Shown here: positions 29,506-39,900 of the stretch, one piece after another
Layout of the letters: each line of letters starts with the position of its first letter
Position numbering within the stretch: the first letter of the stretch is position 1
Notes under the pieces: model-generated
The model's database searches: none
What the model was told of the DNA's origin: nothing
The model's input: the letters and a program-made list of their open reading frames with translations, nothing else
NCBI GenBank assembly: GCA_043799565.1
Contig: JAZDNP010000005.1
Span: forward strand, 1 to 55,494
DNA: 55,494 bases
DNA from: Candidatus Brennerbacteria bacterium
Lineage (GTDB): Bacteria > Patescibacteriota > Minisyncoccia > UBA6257 > GWB1-50-10
Direction: 5' to 3'
Made by a program: the position numbers and the translations under genes

Positions 29506-30128
29506 GCGAAGGTGATGTGATCTTTGAAGAGCGACAAATTCACGTCGTGTATGTTCTTCACCTCTATGACATCCGCCCCGCTTGCCTTCGCCGCCGCAAT
29601 ACCGTGAGGGGCGTCTTCCACAATAACGCATTCGTGTGGCTCGAGATCGAGCTGCTTCATCGCGGTAAGGTAAATCTCGGGGTGCGGCTTCGGGTTCTTG
29701 ATCTCGTCGTTCCCCAGCACAAGGTCAAAGAAGTCAAAGAGGTGCGCCGACCGGAGCATGATATGTAGCGTTTCCTTCACTGAATTGGAACAGCATGCAA
29801 GCTTATATCCTTCCGCCTTCAACTGTTTAAGGAGAATGATCTTGGAGTAGTCGGGGGGGCAGTATTTCGGAATCACTTCTTTCGTGTACTGTTGCTTGAT
29901 GCCGTTGATGAACTCCTTAAGCCCCACTGGAAGACGGCCCGCGTCTTCCAATCTCTCTATCTTCTTTCGCGTCGGGAGGCCGTTGAACGTCTTCTGGTGC
30001 TCTTCTTCGGTAATGCGCGTACCGAAAAGCCCGAGCGCCCGGTTCAGTGCTTCGTAGTGCCCGCGCGGCATATCCACTAAGACACCGTCAAGGTCAAAGA
30101 TCACCGCTTTGTGGCGAGAATGCGTCAT
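29502..30128 (-). CDS. HAD family phosphatase
   Basis: FDLDGVLVD, CSNS, KPHPEIY and VEDAPHG. Confidence 0.92.
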   Translation of the reverse strand: MTHSRHKAVIFDLDGVLVDMPRGHYEALNRALGLFGTRITEEEHQKTFNGLPTRKKIERLEDAGRLPVGLKEFINGIKQQYTKEVIPKYCPPDYSKIILLKQLKAEGYKLACCSNSVKETLHIMLRSAHLFDFFDLVLGNDEIKNPKPHPEIYLTAMKQLDLEPHECVIVEDAPHGIAAAKASGADVIEVKNIHDVNLSLFKDHITFA

Positions 30129-30144
30129 ATGGATATGGTATACC

Positions 30145-31356
30145 TCAACTCCGCATGCCTTTGCAAATATTCGTCACGGCTCCTACAATCCCCTTTACAT
30201 CGTTCTCCTGACTGTACTCCGCTATGATCGCGCGCGAGCGCTCGCCAAAACGGCGGCAAAGTTCGCGGTTTTCGGTGAGTTTCTTGAGCGCTTCGGCAAG
30301 TGCATTCACATTGCCAGTCGAAAACGTAAAACCATTCTCACCGTTGTGCACGAGGTCGGCGGCGCATCCCACTATATCCGGCACAATGACCGGAAGACCG
30401 AAGCACATCGCTTCGTTCACTACGAGTCCCCAGGTCTCTCCGATTCCCGAGGGAAGTACGAATACGTCTGCCGCAATGAAATACGGGTAGAGATCCTCCT
30501 TGCCCTTAAACCCTTTAAAATGAACGTTGGAAATTCGGCGGTTCTTCATTTCTTTTTCCAATTGACCTCGTAGTACTCCGTCTCCTACGAATATAAGCGT
30601 TGGCGGCGGAGCAGACAGCTCCACTCCCCTCACAAGAATTTCATACGCACATAAAAGATCCCCCGGGTTCTTCTTATGGATTAGGCGCCCCACGAACAGG
30701 ATCGCGATTGAATCTTCTGAAATCCCAAGCGATGCACGGACGCGGTCCCGCGAGGGAGAAAGCTTCCGATACGCTTCTTCACATCTCGCGTTGTCGGTCG
30801 CGTACGGCGTGAAAAAAAGTTTGCCCTCCGGAACTCCGAAAAATCGATAAAAGTCCTTGTTCTGCTTTCCGATATAGAGGAACGCGTCGACATTCTTGAA
30901 GAGCCGCCGCAATATAAATCGTTTTAGGAGAACCATGGTGGTAATTCGTTTCGCGAGTTCTTGATTAAGGGGATTTTCGCCCCATACCAATATCCGAATC
31001 CCCCGTACGGCGGCGGCGGCGAACGCGAGCCATTGAGTCGGGGAGTTCCATCCATACACGATGACGCAGTCAAAGTCCCCACTGAACAATTTCCACACGA
31101 TGCCGGGATTGAGAAGCCATGCGTCGTTTTTCTTATTGAACGCGAGGAAGTTGGTAAGAAAACGGTACCGATAGCCACTAAGAAAATCGGTACCCCAATC
31201 AATCGCCCGGTTAAACCCAGGGTCAAAATCCCGCTTTCCCACGCCGACATCGGAACAGTAATATACGGAGAGTGACACGCCGGGTTCTTCGGCGAGCGTT
31301 CGAAAAAGTCGCGCGTTCGTGGGCCCCGCCCGATTGATGAGTATCGCCAGTTTCAT
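30145..31356 (-). CDS. GT4 glycosyltransferase
   Basis: FVGRLIHKK and ETWGLVVNEAMCFGLP. Confidence 0.92.
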   Translation of the reverse strand: MKLAILINRAGPTNARLFRTLAEEPGVSLSVYYCSDVGVGKRDFDPGFNRAIDWGTDFLSGYRYRFLTNFLAFNKKNDAWLLNPGIVWKLFSGDFDCVIVYGWNSPTQWLAFAAAAVRGIRILVWGENPLNQELAKRITTMVLLKRFILRRLFKNVDAFLYIGKQNKDFYRFFGVPEGKLFFTPYATDNARCEEAYRKLSPSRDRVRASLGISEDSIAILFVGRLIHKKNPGDLLCAYEILVRGVELSAPPPTLIFVGDGVLRGQLEKEMKNRRISNVHFKGFKGKEDLYPYFIAADVFVLPSGIGETWGLVVNEAMCFGLPVIVPDIVGCAADLVHNGENGFTFSTGNVNALAEALKKLTENRELCRRFGERSRAIIAEYSQENDVKGIVGAVTNICKGMRS

Positions 31357-31401
31357 GGGTATCGCTTAGATACAGATTATATTTTGGTATGATAAACCAC
31401 A

Positions 31402-33150
31402 ATGGCGAACTTCCTCATCCGGTTCTCGGGAGAAACGAGGCGCTGGATCGCTCCAGCCCTCGTCCTCGTAATCGCGCTCGCGGTCGGCATTGCCACTGCC
31501 CTTCCTCAAATCATAGGCAATCTCTCGCTCGGGCCGAACTATGAACCGTTCTACTACGCGTTCTCCTCGGAACTCCAGTTCGATGAAGCTACATTCTACG
31601 CCCCTCCCGCATCGTATTTCAAGGAAACTAAAAAGATTCCATACGAAACGGAAATTTACGAATACAAGGACAGGGTAAACATAAAGTACTTCCTTCCAAC
31701 CGCCATTGCGGGATGGAGTGCCGCCGTAATAAACAACACTCGGGCTAGTTGGACATTTATTCGGATTGTCTTCGCGATCCTTTCCTTTCTTCTCGCGTAT
31801 CGCTTGGCGAGGGAATTCACCGGCAATCGCGTGGTCGCGCTCGTGGCCGCCGTGACGTTGTGCACGATTGGCTTCGGTCTCCGCACGTTTCTTAATTTCG
31901 TGCCGGACAGGGTCTCACAACCCATCCTCTTCTCGCGGATGAATGCCCCGCTCGTCGTGCTTCCATTCCTCCTCCTCGGACTTATCGGCCTTATGCGCAT
32001 CAATGCAAGAAGTTTCCGAAGCGGCGTGGCGCTCGCCGGCATCGCAGGCGGGCTCCTGTTCTACACTTTCTACTACTACCAGATTGCTTTTTTTGGCGCC
32101 CTAATTCTCCTCGGTATGATTTACGCGTTCCTGAAGCGAAGGGGAGAGTTCTTGGCCATCGCCGGCTCGTTCGTGATTACGAATATCCTGGCGATACCAT
32201 GGTATCTACAGTATTTTCAGACACTCACGTCATCCCCCGATTACCTTACGCGGTGGACCGCCACTCCCCATGCTCCCTCACTTCTTGACGTCGCCGCCTT
32301 CGTTTTCCTAGCGGCGGCGATATGTCTCTTTGTGCGAGAGAAAAAGAGTGAGGAACGCGGTGCGTTCCTCGAGCTACCAATGGCTGCCCTGCTCCTTTCC
32401 GCCGCAGGCGTGGAGTTCGTCATCGCTCCTTTTTCGGCGTTGGTACTCCAGGCAGGACAATTTTCCCAACACATCATCAACGGTTTCGGCCTTTTCACCG
32501 TTGCGATTCTGGGCGGTGGATACCTTGCACGGAAAAATGTCCGTTGGTTCATGCCGCTCTTAGGAATTACGCTTCTTGTTTTTCTCTTCGTGAGACAAAC
32601 GACCGCGTGGTACCACACGCGCGATGTTTCAATTGCGCGCCCGGAAGAACGGGCGGCGGAAACGCTCGTGGAGCAATTCGTCACCACCGATGACGTCCTC
32701 GCCATCGCGAACCCCTACCTTAATAGCGTTTTTCCCGCACGACTGTGGCGGTTTCGATTCTATGCGTTTATAAACCTCAGCAACGTCGGAAACTGGGAAA
32801 ATCTAGAACGTTACGTGTTCACCGCGCGCCTTTTCGGAGTGCCGTGGGACGAGGTGGAACGTCAGCTCTCCGCCGACCCGACGACGATAGCGTCCCGCAT
32901 AAAAACCATTTCCATGCCTTCCCTTCTCACCTTCATGATTGAGCTGCCGCCGGACCAACGCGAAGAGCTTGAGCGCTTCTACCGAACGACGGACGCCACG
33001 TTCATTCGTGATAAGAGGATTACCCACGCGCTCGCGTTCGGCGACGCGGAAGAACATGGGTTGCTGTCGGGAAGCGATGCGCTCGGGCTTAACGCCTTAC
33101 TCGTCGCGCGAGAGGGAAAAACGGTACTCTATCGGATCAAGGCGCGCTAA
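31402..33150 (+). CDS. Multi-pass membrane protein, GT-C-fold glycosyltransferase-like
   Basis: About 11-13 hydrophobic segments, an acidic DE motif (FDEATFY) after TM1 and a soluble C-terminal domain. It converges with the polyprenyl-phosphate glycosyltransferase. Confidence 0.55.
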   Translation: MANFLIRFSGETRRWIAPALVLVIALAVGIATALPQIIGNLSLGPNYEPFYYAFSSELQFDEATFYAPPASYFKETKKIPYETEIYEYKDRVNIKYFLPTAIAGWSAAVINNTRASWTFIRIVFAILSFLLAYRLAREFTGNRVVALVAAVTLCTIGFGLRTFLNFVPDRVSQPILFSRMNAPLVVLPFLLLGLIGLMRINARSFRSGVALAGIAGGLLFYTFYYYQIAFFGALILLGMIYAFLKRRGEFLAIAGSFVITNILAIPWYLQYFQTLTSSPDYLTRWTATPHAPSLLDVAAFVFLAAAICLFVREKKSEERGAFLELPMAALLLSAAGVEFVIAPFSALVLQAGQFSQHIINGFGLFTVAILGGGYLARKNVRWFMPLLGITLLVFLFVRQTTAWYHTRDVSIARPEERAAETLVEQFVTTDDVLAIANPYLNSVFPARLWRFRFYAFINLSNVGNWENLERYVFTARLFGVPWDEVERQLSADPTTIASRIKTISMPSLLTFMIELPPDQREELERFYRTTDATFIRDKRITHALAFGDAEEHGLLSGSDALGLNALLVAREGKTVLYRIKAR

Positions 33151-33857
33151 CCGTGGTGGAATCGGATCCTCAGAATCTCCACGAAGGAAGTGACGATGTC
33201 CCTAAATTTCCTTACCTTCGTACCAGACGCGTCCCTCCAATGGACGGGCACTTCCGCTACCCGATACCCCAACTTTTTGCACAGATAGAGAATCTCGGAG
33301 TCGAACGCCCATCGCTCCAGAATCTGCCGGCCAAACAATGTCCGTGCCGCTTCTTTCCCAAAGGCCTTCATTCCACACGTGTGGTCGCTGAAAGAGGTCC
33401 CGAGGATAAAATTCGCGATGCAGCGGTATCCTTTTCCTAAAAATTCCCGGAACGGCGGCTGGTGAACTTCAATGACCGCGCCAGGTACCCTTCGCGAACC
33501 TATCGCAACATCGTATCCTTCCTCCACCTTTCCGATGAGCGCTTCGGCATGCGGTAACGGGACCGAAAGATCAATATCGGTAAAAAGTACCACGTCTCCT
33601 TCCGCGGAAAGCGCGCCTTGTTTTACTGCCGCCCCCTTTCCCCTATTCTCCTCATTCGTGATGGCGCGTACGTTAGGATTCCTATCTGCGAGGTCCTGGA
33701 TGATGCGTTTGGTGCCATCAATGCTACCGTCGTCAACAAGAATGATCTCAAAAGGGCGGGCGCTCTTTTGGAAATACTGAAGGGTGTTTTCAAAACCCTC
33801 CCGCAATCTTTTCTCCTCGTTATAGAGAGGGATGACAATTGATAATCGGTAGGTCAT
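33147..33857 (-). CDS. Polyprenyl-phosphate (dolichyl-phosphate-type) glycosyltransferase, GT2
   Basis: SIVIPLYNEE, NRGKGAAVKQG, FTDIDLS, AIGSR and WAFDSEIL. Start at ATG 33857. Confidence 0.9.
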   Translation of the reverse strand: MTYRLSIVIPLYNEEKRLREGFENTLQYFQKSARPFEIILVDDGSIDGTKRIIQDLADRNPNVRAITNEENRGKGAAVKQGALSAEGDVVLFTDIDLSVPLPHAEALIGKVEEGYDVAIGSRRVPGAVIEVHQPPFREFLGKGYRCIANFILGTSFSDHTCGMKAFGKEAARTLFGRQILERWAFDSEILYLCKKLGYRVAEVPVHWRDASGTKVRKFRDIVTSFVEILRIRFHHG

Positions 33858-33879
33858 AAAACGAACGATACCCCACGCA

Positions 33880-35823
33880 TCACCTTCCGGCTGATGAAAT
33901 GGTGCCGAGCGTACCGCGCACATCTTGGGCGTCGGGCCATAATCGAAGAATGTCTTCTCCTACCACCTGGGCCTTTTCGTAGTTCCCACCGTTCAAATAG
34001 AGGTCAAAAAGCGCATAGAGGACGGGGGGAAGCGCTGGTCCGATCGCGCGTGCAGCTTCGTAATACCGTTCGGCACGAACATAGTCTTCGGAATCCCCTC
34101 CATATTTGGACCACAGTCCATAGTACAAGTGACCGCCGACTAAGAGGTGTCGGACATTATTTTGCAATAGATATGGCTCAATAAATGCGATGAGCCCACG
34201 CATTCCTTCTTCAAGTTGGTTCCCCGTTCCTACCATACTTCCCACGTCGCTCGAAAGAAATTTCACGACCTCTTCTTGGCCTATCGGAGACCAGTGCGTG
34301 AGTGCGGGAGTAAAGTGAGTGATGAACGAATCCACACTGGTAATCGAACCGGCGGTTTGAAGAGCGTTAATATAGGCTCGGGCTTTCGCAACCGGCGCAT
34401 ACACGCCGAATACCAAGCTCCCCGCCGCAAGAATGACGAGCAGCGACGAAGTGGCGGCGCACTTCCATTGTATGGAAGGCTTTGAAGGTGGGAGCTTCGT
34501 TGTTATATGATTTTCAAAGAAAAATGCTACAAATGCGAGTGTCACAAAGAGGTTGTAGTAAATAGGAAGTACATCAAAAAGCACGATGCCTTGTACGAGG
34601 TACGCGACGAACACGCCGAACATAAGCGCTCTTGGAACGATCGATTCGTCGTTCCCTTCGCTCACGCGTTTCCGGAACGCGACAACCGTAAATACGACGA
34701 AAAGCGCGAGGAAACTCAAGAGTCCGAGGATTCCCGTTTCCACAAGGTAATCGAAGTAGACGCTGTGGGCGCGATCAAACCACGCGCCGAATCCTTCCGT
34801 AGGATTGAAGTATGCAGGGTCAAGCTTTCGGTCGAACACATTGATGTAATTTTCGGGGCCCCAGCCGAGAATAGGTCGGTCCTTCCACCCCTCAAGTGCC
34901 ATTCCCCACATTATCGCGCGATGTCGGAATGTTTCTGTAGTAAGCGAGATGTCAAAAATGCGCGAGCCGGGTATCGCTGATACCAAAGGCGAATTTTTGA
35001 AGAATACGAGTGTCCCCACGAGGAGCACGAGAATAATCGTTCCGAGCATGAACCATCGCCGCCACGCGCGATGTACAAACACAAAGTATGCCGCAGCCGC
35101 GACAAGCCCCGCGAGAAACCCGAGGAACGCGCCGCGAGTAGCGGCGGACAAAAACGCTCCCGCCATAATCACACACACGCCGTACAGAAAAAAAGCACCT
35201 CCAGAAAAAAGCCGGTGCCGATATTTTGAAAAGAGAAGGTATCCGGCGTAGAACACCATAAAGATCGCAAATGCGGCAACGTACGCAGGATTACCGATGG
35301 AACCCGAAAAACGGAATCCTCCGTCGCCAAAGTTCCCTCCTATGAAACCGGGAATATCCCATGCGGCAAAAAGTCCGTACCCCACCATAAGTACCCCGCC
35401 TGTGAGTATCCACCCAAAAAATTTCCGCCAATCTCGCTCCTCACGAAAAAGCAAAACGGTGAGAATAAACAGCGCAAAAAGGTGCAGTATCTGGAGTCCG
35501 CCTTCACCACGTTCAAAATTGGACCAGAATGACATAACAGGATCTATGCCAAAGAATCCCGCGAGGATAAAGAGCGCAGTGAACACCGAAACTGCGATGA
35601 CGAGCGGCTTTCGAAAAACGCGCTTCAATCGTTCCCACATCTCACCGTGCGGGTCTTGGAAGAGGAGTCCGAGCGCGAAGGCGATGAGTGCAAGATCCAC
35701 CGACCCCCTAAACCACGCATATTTCCCCACGATGAACGGGAAGAGCGTGGATGGCGTGACGAGCGCCACATAGAGTGCCGAGAGGTAGAGAAATCCACGC
35801 GCGATCTTGAAAGAATGAGCCAT
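33880..35823 (-). CDS. O-antigen ligase / O-oligosaccharyltransferase-like (Wzy_C) membrane protein with TPR-like C-terminus
   Basis: SFWSNFERGEG, GSIGNP, TRGAFLG, RPILGWGPENY and DRAHSVYFDYLVETGILG. Confidence 0.85.
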   Translation of the reverse strand: MAHSFKIARGFLYLSALYVALVTPSTLFPFIVGKYAWFRGSVDLALIAFALGLLFQDPHGEMWERLKRVFRKPLVIAVSVFTALFILAGFFGIDPVMSFWSNFERGEGGLQILHLFALFILTVLLFREERDWRKFFGWILTGGVLMVGYGLFAAWDIPGFIGGNFGDGGFRFSGSIGNPAYVAAFAIFMVFYAGYLLFSKYRHRLFSGGAFFLYGVCVIMAGAFLSAATRGAFLGFLAGLVAAAAYFVFVHRAWRRWFMLGTIILVLLVGTLVFFKNSPLVSAIPGSRIFDISLTTETFRHRAIMWGMALEGWKDRPILGWGPENYINVFDRKLDPAYFNPTEGFGAWFDRAHSVYFDYLVETGILGLLSFLALFVVFTVVAFRKRVSEGNDESIVPRALMFGVFVAYLVQGIVLFDVLPIYYNLFVTLAFVAFFFENHITTKLPPSKPSIQWKCAATSSLLVILAAGSLVFGVYAPVAKARAYINALQTAGSITSVDSFITHFTPALTHWSPIGQEEVVKFLSSDVGSMVGTGNQLEEGMRGLIAFIEPYLLQNNVRHLLVGGHLYYGLWSKYGGDSEDYVRAERYYEAARAIGPALPPVLYALFDLYLNGGNYEKAQVVGEDILRLWPDAQDVRGTLGTISSAGR

Positions 35824-35911
35824 CGAAAGTTTCGCTTATTATATACGGCTTCGTAAAAAACAAAAAGCCGGCGAACACTAGGTCCGCCGGCCAGCCAGTT
35901 GAAAATGAATC

Positions 35912-36808
35912 TTACCGCTCCACGATCGAGAAGAGGTCCGCGGTCAGCACATCAACCGTGTTCTGGTTGTTGCCAACCACAAGAATGTCATAGTCCTCGA
36001 TCGCTTCGGGTGATTCCTCCGCAAGCGTCCGATCGTCGTTCATACGGAACGCGCGTGCTGCACCACCCGCACCAAGCACCAACTTCACCCCGCACACGTC
36101 TTGTGGACCGCCGATGGCGCTTGTGATGGCACCTGCCATCTTGTCGTTCCCCTGCGCCACCATCGCTTGATGAAGTCCGTTTGATCCGGTGAGGAGCAGC
36201 CGGTAGCGCGCCAGGCGTGTCATGAGTTTGCCCACCTCGTCGTTCGTGAGGATCTGCCGCCCGGAACGCTTAAACCCTTGGCAATGGTCCAGAAGCACCG
36301 CGGTGTTTACCGAGAGTTCTCCTCGCCATACCGAGATGGGCCGCGGGGTGCGTATCGCAGAATTCGGAAGATCCCACGCCCACCAATAACTCTCCCCATT
36401 CACGGTGCGCCACAGTCGGCGCAATGCCGGCTCACCGATAACACAGGAGAGTACCCGCTTCGCCTCGGTGTCGTAGGCGCCGAGAATGACGGTGGAAGTA
36501 GGAAGACCTACCGTGAACGGCAACGTGCCGTCCACCGGATCCCCGTAAATCGTGATGCGCGAATCGGCACTCATGGCGTCCGCGTCCTCAATATTGCTCC
36601 GGATGTTCGGGAACTGTTTCTTGAGAAACTCGCGGAGGAACACCCCGCACTCGCGGTCCGCCATGGTGAGAAACGTGTCGTCCGCTTTCTTGATGGACGC
36701 CTCGCCAATCGACTTTTCGCGAAGCTGGTAGGAACGAACAATATTCATCCCTTCCATGACCGCCTGCACGCTTTCTTCTTGGAAACGCCACAGATCGAAT
36801 TCATGCAT
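35912..36808 (-). CDS. Inositol monophosphatase (FIG) family protein
   Basis: T.ADR, IEDA, GDPVDGT.PF and QDVCG...V..AGG. Confidence 0.8.
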   Translation of the reverse strand: MHEFDLWRFQEESVQAVMEGMNIVRSYQLREKSIGEASIKKADDTFLTMADRECGVFLREFLKKQFPNIRSNIEDADAMSADSRITIYGDPVDGTLPFTVGLPTSTVILGAYDTEAKRVLSCVIGEPALRRLWRTVNGESYWWAWDLPNSAIRTPRPISVWRGELSVNTAVLLDHCQGFKRSGRQILTNDEVGKLMTRLARYRLLLTGSNGLHQAMVAQGNDKMAGAITSAIGGPQDVCGVKLVLGAGGAARAFRMNDDRTLAEESPEAIEDYDILVVGNNQNTVDVLTADLFSIVER

Positions 36809-36909
36809 GCTGCACCTCTCTCTGAAAATGGGGGAAAAATCGTTTAGAAGCTACTGTCGTAAGAAAAACATAATATACTAAATTTGTCAATGTTTTGTCC
36901 TCGCCAAAT

Positions 36910-36935
36910 CACAAGCCCCCTTGCGGGGGCTTGTG
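36910..36935 (-). terminator. Terminator-like hairpin after the S-layer-like gene
   Basis: Perfect 11-bp stem CACAAGCCCCC/GGGGGCTTGTG. Confidence 0.75.
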
Positions 36936-36980
36936 GTCCGATTTGCGCTATCGGGAAACCAATTCCGAAACGACCGTCCG

Positions 36981-39900
36981 CTACAGCGATGAACTTATCG
37001 TCACTGTTCCCAGTGCCGGCAAGCCATCAAGGTAGAGGCCGCTGACTGTGTCGCTCAAGTCAGTGTCGTCGTTCGTGGTAACTCCAAACTGTGCCTCATC
37101 CACGTTGAAGGTGAGGTTGCCGATGGTAGATACCGAGAATCGGTAGGTGCTTCCACCGGTCGTTGCCTCGCCGTTCTTGATGGTGAGGTATCTGAAGTAG
37201 CCTCCGTCAATGGTGCGGTTCGCATCGGTGGAGGTGGAAACGTTGAAGTTTACCACTCCGCCTTGCGTGGATGTACCAGACGAGTAGCCGGGCGTCAGGT
37301 CATATGTGGTATCACCCGAAGACCCGTTCTGACCCGAGGCGTAGAGCTTGAAGGTGCTCGTAGACGACCCGCCTTCCGTGAACTTGAACGCCGTGGTAGA
37401 CGCAAGTCGGATGGAGGCGCTGCCGTTGTTCGTCACCTTGAAGATACCTACGATCTGCCCCGAACCAGTTCCGAGAGTGGTTGCAGCCGTAGGCGAGACC
37501 GCCTCGATTGTAACCTTCTGCGGTACCACATACGTCAGGCCGCCTGCGGTAGGCGCTCCGGTCTTGATTCCGGTCGTTAAACCGGTGACCGCGCCCTTGA
37601 TAGAGATGTCGCTGGTTGACGATGCGATATTGAACTTGAAGCTGTTGCCAAGGCGTACGCCCTCGCTCAAGCTCGCCACGTCGGCCTTCACATAAATCGT
37701 GACACCCGTCGACGGCACTGGGGCCGAGAGAAGGTTGTCAGATGCCGTGAACGTTACCGTACAGTAGCTGGAGCTCGCCGCAGGCGTCATGAAGCATCCG
37801 TCAAACTGTGGAGCGGAAGCGAACGGCGTAGACGCGTTCCCTTCGTACACCCGGATGTTCTTCAAGGTCGTCGTCGCGATAGCAAGCTGGGTGCTATCAA
37901 GCGAACCCGAGGAGGTCGCGGTGAGCTTGAGGCTCGTCACCTTCTGCGCCTCGTAGAGCGAGGTAAGCTTGAAGGCGAGTACCGTGATTCCATTCGTATT
38001 CGCTGCCACCACCTGATTCGAAGAAGGCGAGGCACCATCCAACGAGATGTTGAGCTCGCCGACCGCCGCGTGGGTCTGTACCTGGCCGCCGCCCGCGAAC
38101 GTGATGTTTGAACCGTGCGCGAGTGAGTTCCCTGTGAGCGCTCCCGTCGCCGACACCGGAGTGGTGGACGAGGCGATAGAGAACGTGTGGGCACCCGTGC
38201 CGGAGACCGCATCCGCCTTTAGGTGGAGGACGACCGGCGTACCGCGCGCTACCACGATCGGCTGCGAGAAGTTGAACGTCACCGTCGTACCGTTCGCCGC
38301 CGTTGAAGCGGTAGTCGCGATGGGCGAGGTGCTGGAATCCTTATACATAAGGAGGTTCGCTACCTCGCTTGCCGTGCCACCAGAGTGCGACACGATGATC
38401 CTGGACACCTTCACATCTTCACCGCCTGTCTGGGCGTTGAGCTGGAAGGTCGCGTACTCGTATCCAACCGTCCCCGCTACCACCTTACCTGCCACTGGGG
38501 TCGCGAGTGTGGTTACTACGAGTGTCGCCGCCTGTACGGAGATCGTGAGCGCGTCTGTGTCGCCCGTCGTGAGTCCTGTGTCGCCGCTCGACAAGATGTC
38601 GTTCGAGACGACCCGCTTCACCTGCTCAAGGTTGAAGTCAAGGACTGTGTACGAGCTGGCGGCCGTCGCGTTCGACGGGATCGCCGAGACCTCAATCACA
38701 ATCGAGTTGTCCACGCCAGCGGTAAGAATCGGATACGCAGAGAGCGAGAACGTTACTGCGCTCGTGCTCGATGCGCCCGAAGCTCCTGCTGAGTAGACAA
38801 TCTGGCCGTTCACCTTCACGTAGACCGTTCCGGTGAGAGGAATGCCCAAGTTCGTAATGCCGAATGAAACCTGACGGAGTTCGTAATTCTCTCCGTTCGG
38901 CTTTGCATTGAACTTTGCAAGCACCACTGATGATGCGCCCGGCACGATCGCCGATGATGGCGAGTCGGACGCGCGCGTCAAGGTAATGGTTCCGCTCCCG
39001 ATAGTTGTCTGGTTGTAGGCGTTACCGAGCGGGAATGTAGCGTCGTTCGTGCCCGCGCCCGGAATGACCGAGACGCCTGTCGTCGCACCACGAAGGTCAA
39101 TATCGTAGTTGTTGAACACCACGAACCTGATGGTCTTCGTTGTACCACCGACAAGCTTCGCTTTCACTGTAAAGTCCTTCGTGAGGCCTTTATCAATGAA
39201 GTAGGGGGACGCGAGGTTGAACGTCACGTACTGGCCCGAGGGCTGTGCGGTCGCGAGGACCACATCTGCCTGGTCCAACAGCGTCACGTCGCGGAAATCC
39301 GCTTCGTTCGCGTTCCCGTAGTTGTAGAGCGTGAGCCTGTGGAGGTAAGCACCTTCCTGCGACCCAGTTTCCTGGATGCGGAACTTGGTTATCTCCTGCG
39401 AGCTGTTCGCGTCTACATTGAGAGTTGAAGAACCTGTGGACGTAAGAACGTCAAGCGTCGTTGACGCAAGTGACGTACCACCGTTCACAATGTTCATCGC
39501 AGCGCCCGCGAGCGGAAATGCGCCCGAGATCGCTGAGGTGTTCGCAGCAATCGCGGAAACCGCGTTGATGCCGAACGAAACCGTTCCCGTGTAGTTACCT
39601 GAGAGCAGGTTGAACCGAACCGTAATGTATTCGGTGGAGCCCGCCGGAACCACTATCGGGTCTGCCGTCATCACGATGGTGATGGTGTTGTCGGCGTTTA
39701 CCGACGTGACCACCTGACCGTGACGCACGCCCTTGGAATCAACGGCGTCAATACCGTTCAGATTCGTATTTGCGAGAAAGCCCCCCTTCTGGAACGTGAC
39801 GGAAGAGACGCTTACGGACTTTGAGCCAGCCGTCAAAGCGAACTTTGACGCTGCGTTGAACGCGGTGCCGGAACCGATCGTCCGTGATATGGGCGAGTCG

